In this document: positions 1 through 9,859 of the stretch, one piece after another
Position numbering within the stretch: the stretch's first letter is position 1
Layout: each line of letters begins with the position of its first letter
NCBI GenBank assembly: GCA_038882975.1
Contig: JAVZNE010000001.1
Coordinates: forward strand, 128,001 to 192,000
Direction of reading: 5' to 3'
DNA length: 64,000 nucleotides
Origin: Candidatus Bathyarchaeia archaeon
Lineage (GTDB): Archaea > Thermoproteota > Bathyarchaeia > Bathyarchaeales > Bathycorpusculaceae
Translations under genes and position numbers: made by a program
The notes under the pieces: generated by a model
Seen by the model: only the letters and a program-made list of their open reading frames with translations
Database searches by the model: none
What the model was told of the DNA's origin: nothing

Positions 1-1
1 T

Positions 2-418
2 TTTGAAGGGGTTAATGTCTATAGGCTTTATGCAACATCAATACTAAAGCCATGCCTAGAGGAAAAGCATTTCCAATTATTCCTAACAAAAATTTCAAGA
101 CTTGAAAAATATAAATGGATTCTCCCAGCATCTCGCCAAGAGGCTGAAGAGCGAATCCGCCTCAACACCACAAATAATTCCACAAAAATATTTTTAAACG
201 GCAGACAGGTCACGTTCAAAACACGCGTTTATGAGTTGTCGGTTTTCCAGTCAGAAACTTTGCAAAATGAGGTTGTCCTAACGTTTGTTAATGAAATGGA
301 CACGTATCTTATGCCAATAATCAGCATTTTCTTAATTCCACCGCTCACGGTATGTCTATGGAAAACTGTTAAACTCAAAAAGAGAATGAAAAACGCATAT
401 GCTGTCTTCTACTTTTAG
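2..418 (+). CDS. Partial CDS (5'-truncated by window), C-terminal hydrophobic anchor plus basic tail
   Basis: The frame of ORF 236..418 is open from position 2; it ends in ..PIISIFLIPPLTVCLWKTVKLKKR.. Confidence 0.6.
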   Translation, partial: FEGVNVYRLYATSILKPCLEEKHFQLFLTKISRLEKYKWILPASRQEAEERIRLNTTNNSTKIFLNGRQVTFKTRVYELSVFQSETLQNEVVLTFVNEMDTYLMPIISIFLIPPLTVCLWKTVKLKKRMKNAYAVFYF

Positions 419-513
419 AAGCAATCCATAAGAGGGTACCTTGTTCCATTTTCAACATAATCCTTATAAATTTTCCAACTGAAGCGCGGGAATGGTGAAA
501 GCTGGTATCCCTT

Positions 514-1485
514 TTGGACGTTAGTATCGGCATATGCGCCTACAACGAAGAGGAAAACATCGGAGCCTTACTTGAAAACCTTTTAACAAAACAATCTCTA
601 CCTTGCAACTCAGAAATCATTGTTATATGTTCAGGATGTACCGATGAAACGCCAAATATTGTCGAAAAATTCGCAAGAGAAGATGAGCGGGTTAAGCTAA
701 TTCTGGAAAAGGAAAGAAGGGGAAAAGCACCCGCATTAAATCGAATACTCAGCCTTTATCGAGGGAAAATATTTGTCCATCTTGACGCTGACCACCTTCC
801 AGAACCAGGCGCCATCAACCTGTTATTAAAACATTTCCACAACCCTAAAGTTGGAGCCGTTTCTGGTTGTCAGATACCCGTTAAAGTTGATAGCTTCATG
901 GGACAAGTAAACGCCGTTATTTGGGGCTTACACAATGAAACCCAACGTTATTACCACCAAAAGGGTAAAGCACAACACTTGGGAGGAGTCCTATTTGCTA
1001 TTAGAAGAGGCATATGCGACAGAGTTCCAGAAGACATTGTGAATGACGACGCATACATGGGAATAGTATGCCAACAAAAAAATTACAGAATCATATTTGA
1101 GGAAAAAGCGATAGCCTTTTTCCGAGGACCCGAAACCATAATTGATTATATAAATCAAAGGAGAAGGGTCGTCTATGGACACTTAAGAGTAAAAAGGGAA
1201 ACAAAGGTCTCTCCAATGATTTTAGAAGCCAGCCCCTTAAGCGACAAAATTACTATATTTTCAAGATGGTTTAAAAGAAATTGGAGGGCCCTCCCCTACC
1301 TTATGGCAGCTTGCTTTCTAGAAGCTATTGTAAATATTATGGCGAGAATCGACCTTAAAAAAGGAAAGCCCCTTCATAAGGTGTGGAAAATAGCGGCAAC
1401 GACTAAAAAACGTGTACATGTGCCAGAAAATCAAAACGCGGTTCGAAAAACCAATAATTTAGGCGTTGTGTTTGCTGAAACTTAA
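514..1485 (+). CDS. Glycosyltransferase family 2
   Basis: SIGICAYNEEENI N-terminus, GKAPALN, DAD motif, NDD and QRRR motifs. Confidence 0.9.
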   Translation: MDVSIGICAYNEEENIGALLENLLTKQSLPCNSEIIVICSGCTDETPNIVEKFAREDERVKLILEKERRGKAPALNRILSLYRGKIFVHLDADHLPEPGAINLLLKHFHNPKVGAVSGCQIPVKVDSFMGQVNAVIWGLHNETQRYYHQKGKAQHLGGVLFAIRRGICDRVPEDIVNDDAYMGIVCQQKNYRIIFEEKAIAFFRGPETIIDYINQRRRVVYGHLRVKRETKVSPMILEASPLSDKITIFSRWFKRNWRALPYLMAACFLEAIVNIMARIDLKKGKPLHKVWKIAATTKKRVHVPENQNAVRKTNNLGVVFAET

Positions 1486-2292
1486 GGTTTTAAGGTTGCG
1501 AAAAGCTGTTTTAATAATGTATAGCAGGAAGCTCAGTATCTCGCTTTTTGTCAGTTTTGACTTTCCCTTCTTTCTGTTAGTAAACGTTATCGGAGTTTCA
1601 ACCACTCTGGCCTTGTTAATGCTCGCCTGCCGGAGGGTTTCAATTTGAATTTCATAGGTTTGACTGTGGAGATTTGGAAGAATTTTCTGGATGTACCCCC
1701 TAGAATAGCATCTAAAACCACTTGTGAAGTCGTTTATTGGCAAGGCTACAAGTTTTGCGGTTATTTTGTTAGCTATTTTACTGATCGCCAGTCTTGTTAA
1801 AGGCCAGCCCTCAACAGCTCCGCCGTCACAATATCTGCTTCCAACAACTATGTCGCAACCCTTCCTCGCTTGCTCTAGAAGCTTCGGTATCTCTTTTGGA
1901 TCATGGGAGTAGTCAGCGTCCATTGTTATAATGTATTTTGAGGGAGTTTTCTGGGATAAAACAAAATGGAAGCCGTGGGTTATTGCCGTTCCAAGTCCAG
2001 CTTTAAAGGGACGTGCCAGCAATGTTATATTTCCATATATTTTCTGCAGTTTTTGGACAATTTTTCCTGTCCCGTCGGGGCTTGAATCATCTATAACTAT
2101 TATCTTCGAGTTTATTCCCAAGTTTTCGATGGTGTGTATTAGGTTTTCAATGTTTTCGGCTTCACAGTATGTTGGTAGGAGGATGGTAACGGAAGAACCA
2201 TCATCTTCGCTCGTCTTACTCTCTTTCACTTTTTTGTCTCCTTTATAGATAACGTCTTTTGTTAGGCTTCTGTGGACGTTTGCCCTTGGCAA
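1459..2292 (-). CDS. Polyprenol-phosphate mannose synthase (DPM1-like GT2)
   Basis: LPTYCEAENI, IDDSSPDGT, MDADYSHDP, GSRY, DFTSGFR; true start may be slightly downstream. Confidence 0.9.
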   Translation of the reverse strand: MPRANVHRSLTKDVIYKGDKKVKESKTSEDDGSSVTILLPTYCEAENIENLIHTIENLGINSKIIVIDDSSPDGTGKIVQKLQKIYGNITLLARPFKAGLGTAITHGFHFVLSQKTPSKYIITMDADYSHDPKEIPKLLEQARKGCDIVVGSRYCDGGAVEGWPLTRLAISKIANKITAKLVALPINDFTSGFRCYSRGYIQKILPNLHSQTYEIQIETLRQASINKARVVETPITFTNRKKGKSKLTKSEILSFLLYIIKTAFRNLKTLSFSKHNA

Positions 2293-2408
2293 TTATTAAA
2301 AAGTTTTTAGCGGTTCGGAATCCGAATAAAAACCAGATTAAAATCCAATAAGTTTTTCTAATACACAACCACTCTAGTAGGTGATTTAAAATTTACAAGG
2401 ACAAGAAC

Positions 2409-3494
2409 ATGAATGAAACAAAGGAGCAAACAAACCAAGAAGAATTCGAAAAGCTAAAAGAAATTGTCTGCAAGCACTTTCAGATAGAGGAAGCCCTTAT
2501 AGAGCATAATATTCCCACTTTCTACATTAAACAGCCCCAAGAAACAAAGCAAGCTTTTCTAATTTTACTCAAAAGCTTAGAGTTAATGGGTCTAATAGCG
2601 TTTCTAAGGAGAGTTGATGGAAAACTTGTTTTAAGGATCATTGAAAAACAGCCTGTCAAACCAAGTAAGATACTTATTAATTTGGTTCTGTTTTTAGCAA
2701 CCATCGGAACAACTTTTGCAACAGGCTACATTTTATCATCAAATCTAGCCTCAATAGGTGGAAATATAGATCCAGTTTTCGGAGGAATTACATTTACAAC
2801 TGCTATATTGGCGATTCTCGGAGTGCATGAAATGGGGCATAAACTTATAGCAAACAAGAACGGAATAGAGGCAACACCCCCATACTTTATTCCGGGTCCG
2901 CCACCAATTGTTGGCGGGGGAATAGGAACTTTTGGCGCTGTTATAGTTCAAAAGTCTCTTCCACCTAATAGAGATGCCCTGTTTGATATAGGGGTCAGTG
3001 GACCGATCTCCGGCTTTATAGTTGCCACAATTGTTGCTGCTGTGGGTTTAACAATGTCCGTACCAGCTCAGCCCGTTGAAGAAGCAGCCGTCCTACCAGT
3101 TCCGTTGATTATGATTCTCGTTGGTGAGTTGCTCAGGCTTAGAGGATTAATCCCCACTCGTCCTCAAGGTCAAGTTTTATATTTTCATCCTGTAGGTTTT
3201 GCTGGTTGGGTTGGAATTGTCATTACAATGCTTAACCTTTTACCTGCAGCAATGCTCGATGGAGGCCATGTCGCTAGATCTATAGCTGGGGATAAAACCA
3301 GAGTCGTTCTAACGATACTGTCAATTGTTTTACTGCTGCTCAGTGATTTTTGGTTGATGGCATTATTTGTTCTCTTCTTAGCTATGCAAAGGCACCCTGG
3401 ACCGTTAGACGATGTTTCAAGCCTCTCTAAAGGGCGAAAAGTCGTGGCTGTTGTTTTAGTTTTAATTTTTGTTTTGTCTTTTCCTATTTTCTGA
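2409..3494 (+). CDS. Site-2 protease, peptidase M50 family
   Basis: HEMGH, NLLPAAMLDGGH, multiple TM segments. Confidence 0.92.
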   Translation: MNETKEQTNQEEFEKLKEIVCKHFQIEEALIEHNIPTFYIKQPQETKQAFLILLKSLELMGLIAFLRRVDGKLVLRIIEKQPVKPSKILINLVLFLATIGTTFATGYILSSNLASIGGNIDPVFGGITFTTAILAILGVHEMGHKLIANKNGIEATPPYFIPGPPPIVGGGIGTFGAVIVQKSLPPNRDALFDIGVSGPISGFIVATIVAAVGLTMSVPAQPVEEAAVLPVPLIMILVGELLRLRGLIPTRPQGQVLYFHPVGFAGWVGIVITMLNLLPAAMLDGGHVARSIAGDKTRVVLTILSIVLLLLSDFWLMALFVLFLAMQRHPGPLDDVSSLSKGRKVVAVVLVLIFVLSFPIF

Positions 3495-3581
3495 ATTTAA
3501 TAGCCTTTTGTAGTTGTGTTGAGCAGAAGAACAGAAATATTTAATAAATATTACTACTTCGGATGCTTATGAGAATTTATA

Positions 3582-3818
3582 GTGGGAAGATATGTGAAGG
3601 GAATTTCAATACTAATGGTTTTCTTTTTAATGTTCTTAGCTGCTTCGCTTTTAATCCCTTCACCCATATTTCCAGGAAACTTTATATGCACTTTAATTGG
3701 AAAAGCTGCTGAGGAATACCAGAAGTTTGTGAGCGCCATTTTCAACGGAATCTTTTACGGAGCAATTTTATGGCTTGTTTTTATTGCAGTGAGTCGAAAA
3801 TTTGAGAAAGAGAAGTAA
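3582..3818 (+). CDS. Small hypothetical membrane protein
   Basis: Two hydrophobic segments, basic C-terminus. Confidence 0.6.
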   Translation: MGRYVKGISILMVFFLMFLAASLLIPSPIFPGNFICTLIGKAAEEYQKFVSAIFNGIFYGAILWLVFIAVSRKFEKEK

Positions 3819-3830
3819 GCCCAGCGCCTT

Positions 3831-4082
3831 TTAGCTTTCAACGGGTTGTTGTAGGAAGCCCACTAGCCTTATAGTGCTTCCGCATTTGTTGCAGCGGAGA
3901 ATTAGCTCCGCCAGGTCGTCTCCTTTAACTTTTGTTTCAACAATCTGGTAGACTTCTTCAGTTTCGTCGTCCGGTGATATTATAACCCCGCATCTTGGGC
4001 ATGGGAATGCGCCGTCTCCATCAATTCTCGTCAAATCCACCGTGTACATTTCACTCTTTTTAACTGTGGCTTTTTTCATCAT
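3831..4082 (-). CDS. Small zinc-ribbon protein
   Basis: FPCPRCG and CNKCG knuckles; start probably at MMKKAT rather than the ORF-track start at 4142. Confidence 0.75.
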   Translation of the reverse strand: MMKKATVKKSEMYTVDLTRIDGDGAFPCPRCGVIISPDDETEEVYQIVETKVKGDDLAELILRCNKCGSTIRLVGFLQQPVES

Positions 4083-4183
4083 TTGATTACGCCTTCCTTT
4101 GACCTTGACGTTTTCCCAGTTTGCCCAGAATATAATTAACAATTATGAATCAAAAATCCATATTCTAACTAAACTTTAACAAT

Positions 4184-5164
4184 TTATGGGGAAGGTATCC
4201 CAGCAACTTTGGGAAATGGAACAGCGTCCCAGATATTTTCAAGACCGCAGATAAACCTTGTAAGCCTCTCAACACCTATTCCAAAACCCGCTGAGGGGGG
4301 AATGCCAACCATCAACATGTCCAAATACCACCCATAATCAGCGGGATTTTCACCGCTTTTCAGCATCCTCTCCAAAAGCTTGTCATATCGATGCTCTCTT
4401 TTCCCGCCTGAAATTGCCTCGCCGAAACCATCCGGATATAGTAGGTCAAAATCTTCTAAAACGCCATGTTCTTTTTCGCTTTCCATGTAGTAAAAGCTTC
4501 TAGCCGTGGCTGGAAAGTTTGTTATCCAAAAGGGCTCCCCGTGCATCCTTGATATAGCTTCCTCCGCCTCCCACGGAATTTCTTTGCCATACTCCACACT
4601 TATTCCAATACCCTTGAGAATTTCAAGAGCTTCTCTGTATGTGTATCTTTTGAATGGCAATTTTGGCACTTTCAGCATTTTTGCGCGTTCTCCAAGCTCT
4701 TCGCGGCACTTGTTTTTCACATGGGTTATCACGTGGTGGAGCATTCTTTCGCCTAGCTCCATCACATCTTCGCATTTGGCATAAGCAACTTCAAGGTCTA
4801 TTTGCCTAAACTCTGTTAGGTGGCGACGTGTCCCCAAAGTTTCTATAGGTTCTAGTCGTATGTTTGGCGATAATGCGAAAACTTTTGGCAAAGCCGTGAT
4901 AATCATTTGTTTGTATAGTATCATACTGCTCATAACTTTGAAAGGAAAACCATAATAGTCTATAGTGGCTTGCTTTGCCCCTCTAATGCCGGGATCTGTT
5001 GCAGGTCCAATGATGGGCGCCAAAATTTCGATAAAGCCCTCATTTTTTAGGAAAGCCCGGATTGATGATATTATTTCATCTTGAACTTTAAAGACGTTTG
5101 CCAGTCCATTATTTTTTAGTGTTATGTACCTTTTTTTTAGGCTTTCGAAGGGGTCGCTGCTCAT
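4184..5164 (-). CDS. asnA: Archaeal-type asparagine synthetase A (AsnRS/AspRS catalytic-core paralogue without anticodon domain)
   Basis: 326 aa class II aaRS core: SPNIRLE..RHLTEFRQIDLE, GEAISGGKRE, PPSAGFGIGVERL; no OB-fold N-terminus. Confidence 0.82.
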   Translation of the reverse strand: MSSDPFESLKKRYITLKNNGLANVFKVQDEIISSIRAFLKNEGFIEILAPIIGPATDPGIRGAKQATIDYYGFPFKVMSSMILYKQMIITALPKVFALSPNIRLEPIETLGTRRHLTEFRQIDLEVAYAKCEDVMELGERMLHHVITHVKNKCREELGERAKMLKVPKLPFKRYTYREALEILKGIGISVEYGKEIPWEAEEAISRMHGEPFWITNFPATARSFYYMESEKEHGVLEDFDLLYPDGFGEAISGGKREHRYDKLLERMLKSGENPADYGWYLDMLMVGIPPSAGFGIGVERLTRFICGLENIWDAVPFPKVAGIPSP

Positions 5165-5268
5165 GAGAGTGAGAGATAGCGATTGATGTTTTTAAATTTT
5201 TTATTGAAAATTCTGTATTTTTATTAAATGATAACCTTTTTATGCTTGAATTTATGTAATTTTTACAC

Positions 5269-5775
5269 ATGAGTCTAAAACTCAACGAAAAAGATTTGGC
5301 AATACTGGACTTGCTGCAGAAAAACTGTAAGATGACAGCGAAGGAAATAGCGAGAAAAATAAACTCGCCCATAACAACGGTTTTTGCAAAAATAAAGAGA
5401 ATGGAACAGCAAGGAATAATTAAAGAGTACAGAGCTATCCTAGACCATAAGAAGCTGGATTTTGGCGTGACAGCCTTCATTTTGGCATCCTTCTCCTATA
5501 GAACCAACAAGGAGGAGGAGACACCACTTTCCCAGCGGGCTATAGCTGAGCAAATATCAAAGTTTCCAGAGGTTCAAGAAGTCCACATAATATCCGGAGA
5601 CTGGGACATCCTCATCAAAGTTAAGGATAAAGATGTGGATTCTGTTGGAAGGTTTGTAATAGATAAACTGAGGACTGTGAAGGGGATAGAGAAAACATTA
5701 ACATGCATGGTGTTTGATACGCCAAAAGAGACAACAACCATACCAATACCATTGAAAGCTCTTAAAAAGCTGTGA
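5269..5775 (+). CDS. Lrp/AsnC family transcriptional regulator
   Basis: LNEKDLAILDLLQKN HTH, VHIISGDWDILIKV RAM domain. Confidence 0.93.
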   Translation: MSLKLNEKDLAILDLLQKNCKMTAKEIARKINSPITTVFAKIKRMEQQGIIKEYRAILDHKKLDFGVTAFILASFSYRTNKEEETPLSQRAIAEQISKFPEVQEVHIISGDWDILIKVKDKDVDSVGRFVIDKLRTVKGIEKTLTCMVFDTPKETTTIPIPLKALKKL

Positions 5776-5804
5776 CATCCGATTTATCAAAATGGGTGGT
5801 TAGC

Positions 5805-6194
5805 CTAACCTTTGTTCGAGGCTAAACCACTTGAATAGTAAAGCAGTGGCAGCGCAAGCAACATAACGTTTCTACCCTTTTCTGTGAGTGCATACTCTAC
5901 CCTTATGGGTGGACCGGTTTCCACAAGTCTTTTAATGTATCCGTTTTTCATTAGGTTTTTTAGCTTGTCCGAGAGGGTGCGAGAATTTATACCTAAAATT
6001 TTCTTTAACCCACTAAAGGAGACGTTGTTTTTAAAGAAGAGGGTGTAGAGCAGTTCAAGATTCCACTTCTGAGATAGGAGAGTGAAGCTTTCTTCCAGAC
6101 TTTTGATATCTTCTTTTAAATTGTCGAGGGTTACGTTTTGTTTCTCAAGTATATATTTCAGAGTTTTCTCTATCCCTTCCAAAGTGTGCCTCAT
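5805..6194 (-). CDS. HxlR-family winged-helix regulator
   Basis: KWNLELL, GINSRTLSDKLKNL, PIRVEYALTEKG. Confidence 0.88.
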   Translation of the reverse strand: MRHTLEGIEKTLKYILEKQNVTLDNLKEDIKSLEESFTLLSQKWNLELLYTLFFKNNVSFSGLKKILGINSRTLSDKLKNLMKNGYIKRLVETGPPIRVEYALTEKGRNVMLLALPLLYYSSGLASNKG

Positions 6195-6345
6195 CCGCGC
6201 CTCTACAAGACCGCGAAGCTCATCGCTTATTGTTATTTTGTTGTGATTTATTTGGCTACACCAAGTGTGAATAGGCTTACTTCAATATTTATAAAGGTTT
6301 ACTATTACAACAAGGTATAGAAACTACACCGTAGAGGTTTGTTAA

Positions 6346-7704
6346 ATGAAGTACGATGTTGTAGTTGTTGGTGCCGGAACAGCAGGGTGTTTAGCCGCAA
6401 AAACGGCTGCTCAAGCTGGCTTGAAGGTCTGTTTAGTTGAGCGGAAGGTTCAAAGGGAGATTGGCGAGAAGGTTTGTGGAGACGCCTTAGGAGAGCACCA
6501 TTTAAAGAGTGTTGAGTTGAAGCCTCCCCAACACGGTGAGTTGGAGAGGCAGATAGAAGGCGTTAAAATATATTCGCCGGACTTGGAGACTGTTTTTACT
6601 GTTAGGCATGAGGATTTTTCTGGTTATCTCCTGAATAGGCGCCTTTTTGGGCAGTGGCTTTTGAGAATGGCGCTGGATAATGGAGCGGATTTATTTGACT
6701 TGACTCAATGTTTAGAACCTATTATTGGTGGCGGCTGTGTAACTGGAGTTTTAGCTAAAAACATGAAGACTGGTGAGAAGATTCGTATTGAAGGAAAAAC
6801 CGTCGTGGATGCGAGCGGTTTTCTAGCTGTTGTTAGGAGGAAACTTCCAGAAGAAATGAAGATTGAGAGAGAAATTGCCAACGAGGATGTGGAGGCTTGT
6901 TATAGGGAGATTAGACAGCTTAAACAAGAGGTTGAGGACAAAAGTTACTGCGAAATCTACCTAAACCAGAACGTGACTCCTGGCGGCTACACATGGATTT
7001 TCTATAAGAGCAGCGCAAAAGTTAACGCTGGACTTGGAGTCTGCATGCGAAACAGGTTTCCAAATCCGAAAGGACAGTTTTACAAGCATGTCTTAATTAA
7101 TCCATTGTTCGATGGTTCACTGTTGCTTGACGGTGGGGCGTGGTACGACCCAACAAGGAGACCATTAGACAACATGGTTGGAAATGGCGTAATAATCACC
7201 GGAGACGCCGCGTGCCTCGTGAACCCCATACATGGAGGCGGAATAGGACCATCGATGATAAGTGGATATTTAGCTGGAAAAACCATAACTAAGGCTTTAG
7301 AGAAAGGCGACGTAAGCCAAGAAGCCTTATGGCAGTACAACGTCAAGTACATGGAAAGCTATGGGACAAAGCAAGCCGCACTAGACGTTTTTAGACTTTT
7401 GCTGTTAAAATGTAGCAATGAAGACCTAAACTATGGCATGAAATATAAGCTGTTGACCGAGGAGGATGTTTTAAAAGCTGGTTTAGGCGAGGACTTCCAC
7501 CTAAAAATAACTGAAACTGCAAAAAGGGTTTTCAGAGGCATAAAACGCATCCACTTTTTAAACAAGTTGAGGGTCACAGTTAACCTAATGAACAGGGTTA
7601 AGGCTCATTATAGGAATTATCCAAAAACGCCAAGAGACTTTGAGAAGTGGCAACTTAAAACTGAGGCGCTGTTTAAAGAGGCGAAGTCAAAGCTTATGGG
7701 ATAA
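6346..7704 (+). CDS. Digeranylgeranylglycerophospholipid (geranylgeranyl) reductase family
   Basis: GAGTAG FAD motif, KVCGDA, PGGYTWIF, GDAACLVNPIHGGGI. Confidence 0.88.
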   Translation: MKYDVVVVGAGTAGCLAAKTAAQAGLKVCLVERKVQREIGEKVCGDALGEHHLKSVELKPPQHGELERQIEGVKIYSPDLETVFTVRHEDFSGYLLNRRLFGQWLLRMALDNGADLFDLTQCLEPIIGGGCVTGVLAKNMKTGEKIRIEGKTVVDASGFLAVVRRKLPEEMKIEREIANEDVEACYREIRQLKQEVEDKSYCEIYLNQNVTPGGYTWIFYKSSAKVNAGLGVCMRNRFPNPKGQFYKHVLINPLFDGSLLLDGGAWYDPTRRPLDNMVGNGVIITGDAACLVNPIHGGGIGPSMISGYLAGKTITKALEKGDVSQEALWQYNVKYMESYGTKQAALDVFRLLLLKCSNEDLNYGMKYKLLTEEDVLKAGLGEDFHLKITETAKRVFRGIKRIHFLNKLRVTVNLMNRVKAHYRNYPKTPRDFEKWQLKTEALFKEAKSKLMG

Positions 7705-8387
7705 TGCGGCACATGCGGGTTGCAGTTCTAGCCACTGGCGGGAAAGATTCCACCCTTGCCCTTTACCGAGTTTTACGTTTGGGCTATGATGTAAAATGCT
7801 TGGTGAGCATGATTCCTCTTAGGGAGGACAGCTGGATGTTCCACTATCCAAACATTCATTTAATGGATCTGTTTGCGGAAGCCGTTGGAATTCCACTGGT
7901 TAAGGGTGAGACCTCTGGAGTGAAGGAGGTTGAAGTTGAGGATTTGAAGCGTTTGGTGGCAGAGCTTGACGTGGACGGAATTGTTTCCGGGGCTATAGCC
8001 TCAAACTATCAGAGGACGAGGATAGAGGAAATCTGCAAGCAGTTGGGGCTTAAGTGTCTGACACCTCTTTGGCGGGAAAATCCGATAAGCATCTTAAGGG
8101 AGATTCTGGACCTAAAATTTGAAGTTATAATAACTAGTGTTTGTGCATATGGCTTTTCAAAAGAGTGGCTTGGGAGAAAATTTGACGCAGAAACCGTTGA
8201 TGCTTTGATTGAGCTGAACGAGCGTTTTGGTGTTTCCCTTGTGGGTGAGGGGGGCGAATACGAAACACTGGTGCTTGACGCCCCATTTTTCAAGAGAAAG
8301 TTGAAAATTGTTGAGGCTGAAAGGGTTTGGAGGGGGCAGAGCGGCTATCTCCTCGTTAAAAGGGCTGTGCTTGAGGCTAAGCCCTAA
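7704..8387 (+). CDS. dph6: Diphthine--ammonia ligase (Dph6 family PP-loop ATPase)
   Basis: TGGKDS, GAIASNYQ, GEGGEYETLV. Confidence 0.85.
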   Translation: MRHMRVAVLATGGKDSTLALYRVLRLGYDVKCLVSMIPLREDSWMFHYPNIHLMDLFAEAVGIPLVKGETSGVKEVEVEDLKRLVAELDVDGIVSGAIASNYQRTRIEEICKQLGLKCLTPLWRENPISILREILDLKFEVIITSVCAYGFSKEWLGRKFDAETVDALIELNERFGVSLVGEGGEYETLVLDAPFFKRKLKIVEAERVWRGQSGYLLVKRAVLEAKP

Positions 8388-8435
8388 CAGCCTATTGGAA
8401 AAGTTTATTTTGTTGGTTGGGGGAATCATTGAGAG

Positions 8436-8477
8436 CCAGTGGCGGATGGGAATCCGCTGGGATGTAACCAGCTGGTT
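8436..8477 (+). promoter_or_regulatory. Structured 5' leader of rpl15e (candidate ribosomal-protein leader)
   Basis: Hairpin CCAG-tg-GCGGAT-ggga-ATCCGC-TGG and palindrome AACCAGCTGGTT, downstream of a TATA-like AAAAGTTTATT (~8399-8409). Confidence 0.45.
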
Positions 8478-8508
8478 GAACCATAAACAATAAGTGAGGT
8501 GAAAAGAA

Positions 8509-9084
8509 TTGGCGTATAAATACATTGCAGAGGCTTGGAAAAAGCCTGAAGAATCCTTCGTTAAAGAGTTAATGCGTAAGAGGCTAATAGAGTGGCGAAA
8601 AGAACCAGCAATAGTTCGTGTGGAAAAGCCAACACGTCTAGACAGAGCTAGGAAACTTGGCTATAAAGCGAAACAAGGCTTCATCATAGTCCGTGTCCGC
8701 GTTAGGCGAGGCGGACTGCGAAAACAGCGCCCCAGGTCCGGTAGAAGACCAAAAAGGATGGGTGTTAAAAAGTATAAGCCTGCGAAAAGCTTGAGGCTTA
8801 TAGCTGAGGAGCGGGCTGCCAGAAAGTTTCCAAACCTAGAAGTTTTAAACTCCTACTGGGTTGGCGAGGACGGACGCTTCAAATGGTTTGAAGTCATAAT
8901 GGTTGATCCGCATCACCCGGCTGTTAAGGCTTACAAGGATATAAACTGGATATGCCAAAAACAGCATAAGGGAAGAGTCTTTAGAGGCTTAACAAGCGCT
9001 GGCAAAAAAGTTAGAGGCTTAAGAAAGAAAGGACGGGGAGCAGAAAAAGCCAGACCAAGCCGCAAAGCGGCAACAGGAGACTAG
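8509..9084 (+). CDS. rpl15e: 50S ribosomal protein L15e
   Basis: [33 protein letters not shown]. Confidence 0.98.
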   Translation: MAYKYIAEAWKKPEESFVKELMRKRLIEWRKEPAIVRVEKPTRLDRARKLGYKAKQGFIIVRVRVRRGGLRKQRPRSGRRPKRMGVKKYKPAKSLRLIAEERAARKFPNLEVLNSYWVGEDGRFKWFEVIMVDPHHPAVKAYKDINWICQKQHKGRVFRGLTSAGKKVRGLRKKGRGAEKARPSRKAATGD

Positions 9085-9090
9085 CCTACC

Positions 9091-9399
9091 ATGGCGGGGA
9101 TGAAGCCGCTTGTCTTCAAGAAGGGTGGAAAACAACGCTTAGGGAAAGGCTTCAGCCTCGGAGAACTAAAAGAGGTCAAATTAAGCCTAAAACAAGCCTT
9201 GAAGCTTGGCATTGCAGTTGACTCTCGAAGGAGAACAGTTCACGAGGATAACGTAAAATCTCTGAAGGAGTTTCTAGCAACTTCATTAAAGCCCAAGGCT
9301 AAGCCTAAGGCTGAGGCTAAAGTTGAGAAGGTTTCAAAGCCAGAAGCCGCTGAGAAGAAGGGAAAAGCTAAAAGCGTGAAGAAGAAGAGTAGCAAGTAG
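9091..9399 (+). CDS. rpl13e: 50S ribosomal protein L13e with Lys/Ala-rich tail
   Basis: RLGKGFSLGELK, GIAVDSRRRT. Confidence 0.9.
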   Translation: MAGMKPLVFKKGGKQRLGKGFSLGELKEVKLSLKQALKLGIAVDSRRRTVHEDNVKSLKEFLATSLKPKAKPKAEAKVEKVSKPEAAEKKGKAKSVKKKSSK

Positions 9400-9412
9400 C
9401 AGTGATGCCGTT

Positions 9413-9859
9413 TTGTCTTCTAAAGTTCCCGTATCCCATATTGACGTGAGGGTGTTTGCCCACGCAACAGAAGACGAAGAGAAAGTTTTATCAGCCGTAC
9501 GCAACACACTTCCGCCACAAGTTTCCGAAAACATTGCTTTTAAAAAGTCTAACTTAAGCGGGCATCATGGAAACCCAATAACCCTTTTCGAGGCTAAAAT
9601 TAAGGAAAAGGCGCATGTTATGGCTTTTCTTGAGAAGCTTGCTTTAGGCTTAAGCATTTTAGACAAGGAGATTTTGGGCGGCGAAATCGAACAGCACATT
9701 GAAAAGGGCTGCCTTTACATAAGGCTTGACAAGCAGGCGGCTTACCTAAACGAGTTTAAGCTCGGCACAACAGACCCGATACATTTCAAAATTCACTTCA
9801 AGAAATCTGATATGAGAGAGATTGCTGAAGTCTGCAGAAGCCTTGGGATAATTCCATGA
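9413..9859 (+). CDS. Predicted RNA-binding protein of the archaeal exosome/RNase P superoperon
   Basis: HATEDEEKV, GHHGNPI, YIRLDKQAA; position next to rpp30/pop5. Confidence 0.8.
   Translation: MSSKVPVSHIDVRVFAHATEDEEKVLSAVRNTLPPQVSENIAFKKSNLSGHHGNPITLFEAKIKEKAHVMAFLEKLALGLSILDKEILGGEIEQHIEKGCLYIRLDKQAAYLNEFKLGTTDPIHFKIHFKKSDMREIAEVCRSLGIIP

Noticed and set aside
9290-9320. Short tandem AAGCC(C/T)AAGGCT repeats
   Set aside because: They encode the low-complexity KPKA tail of L13e and are not an independent element.
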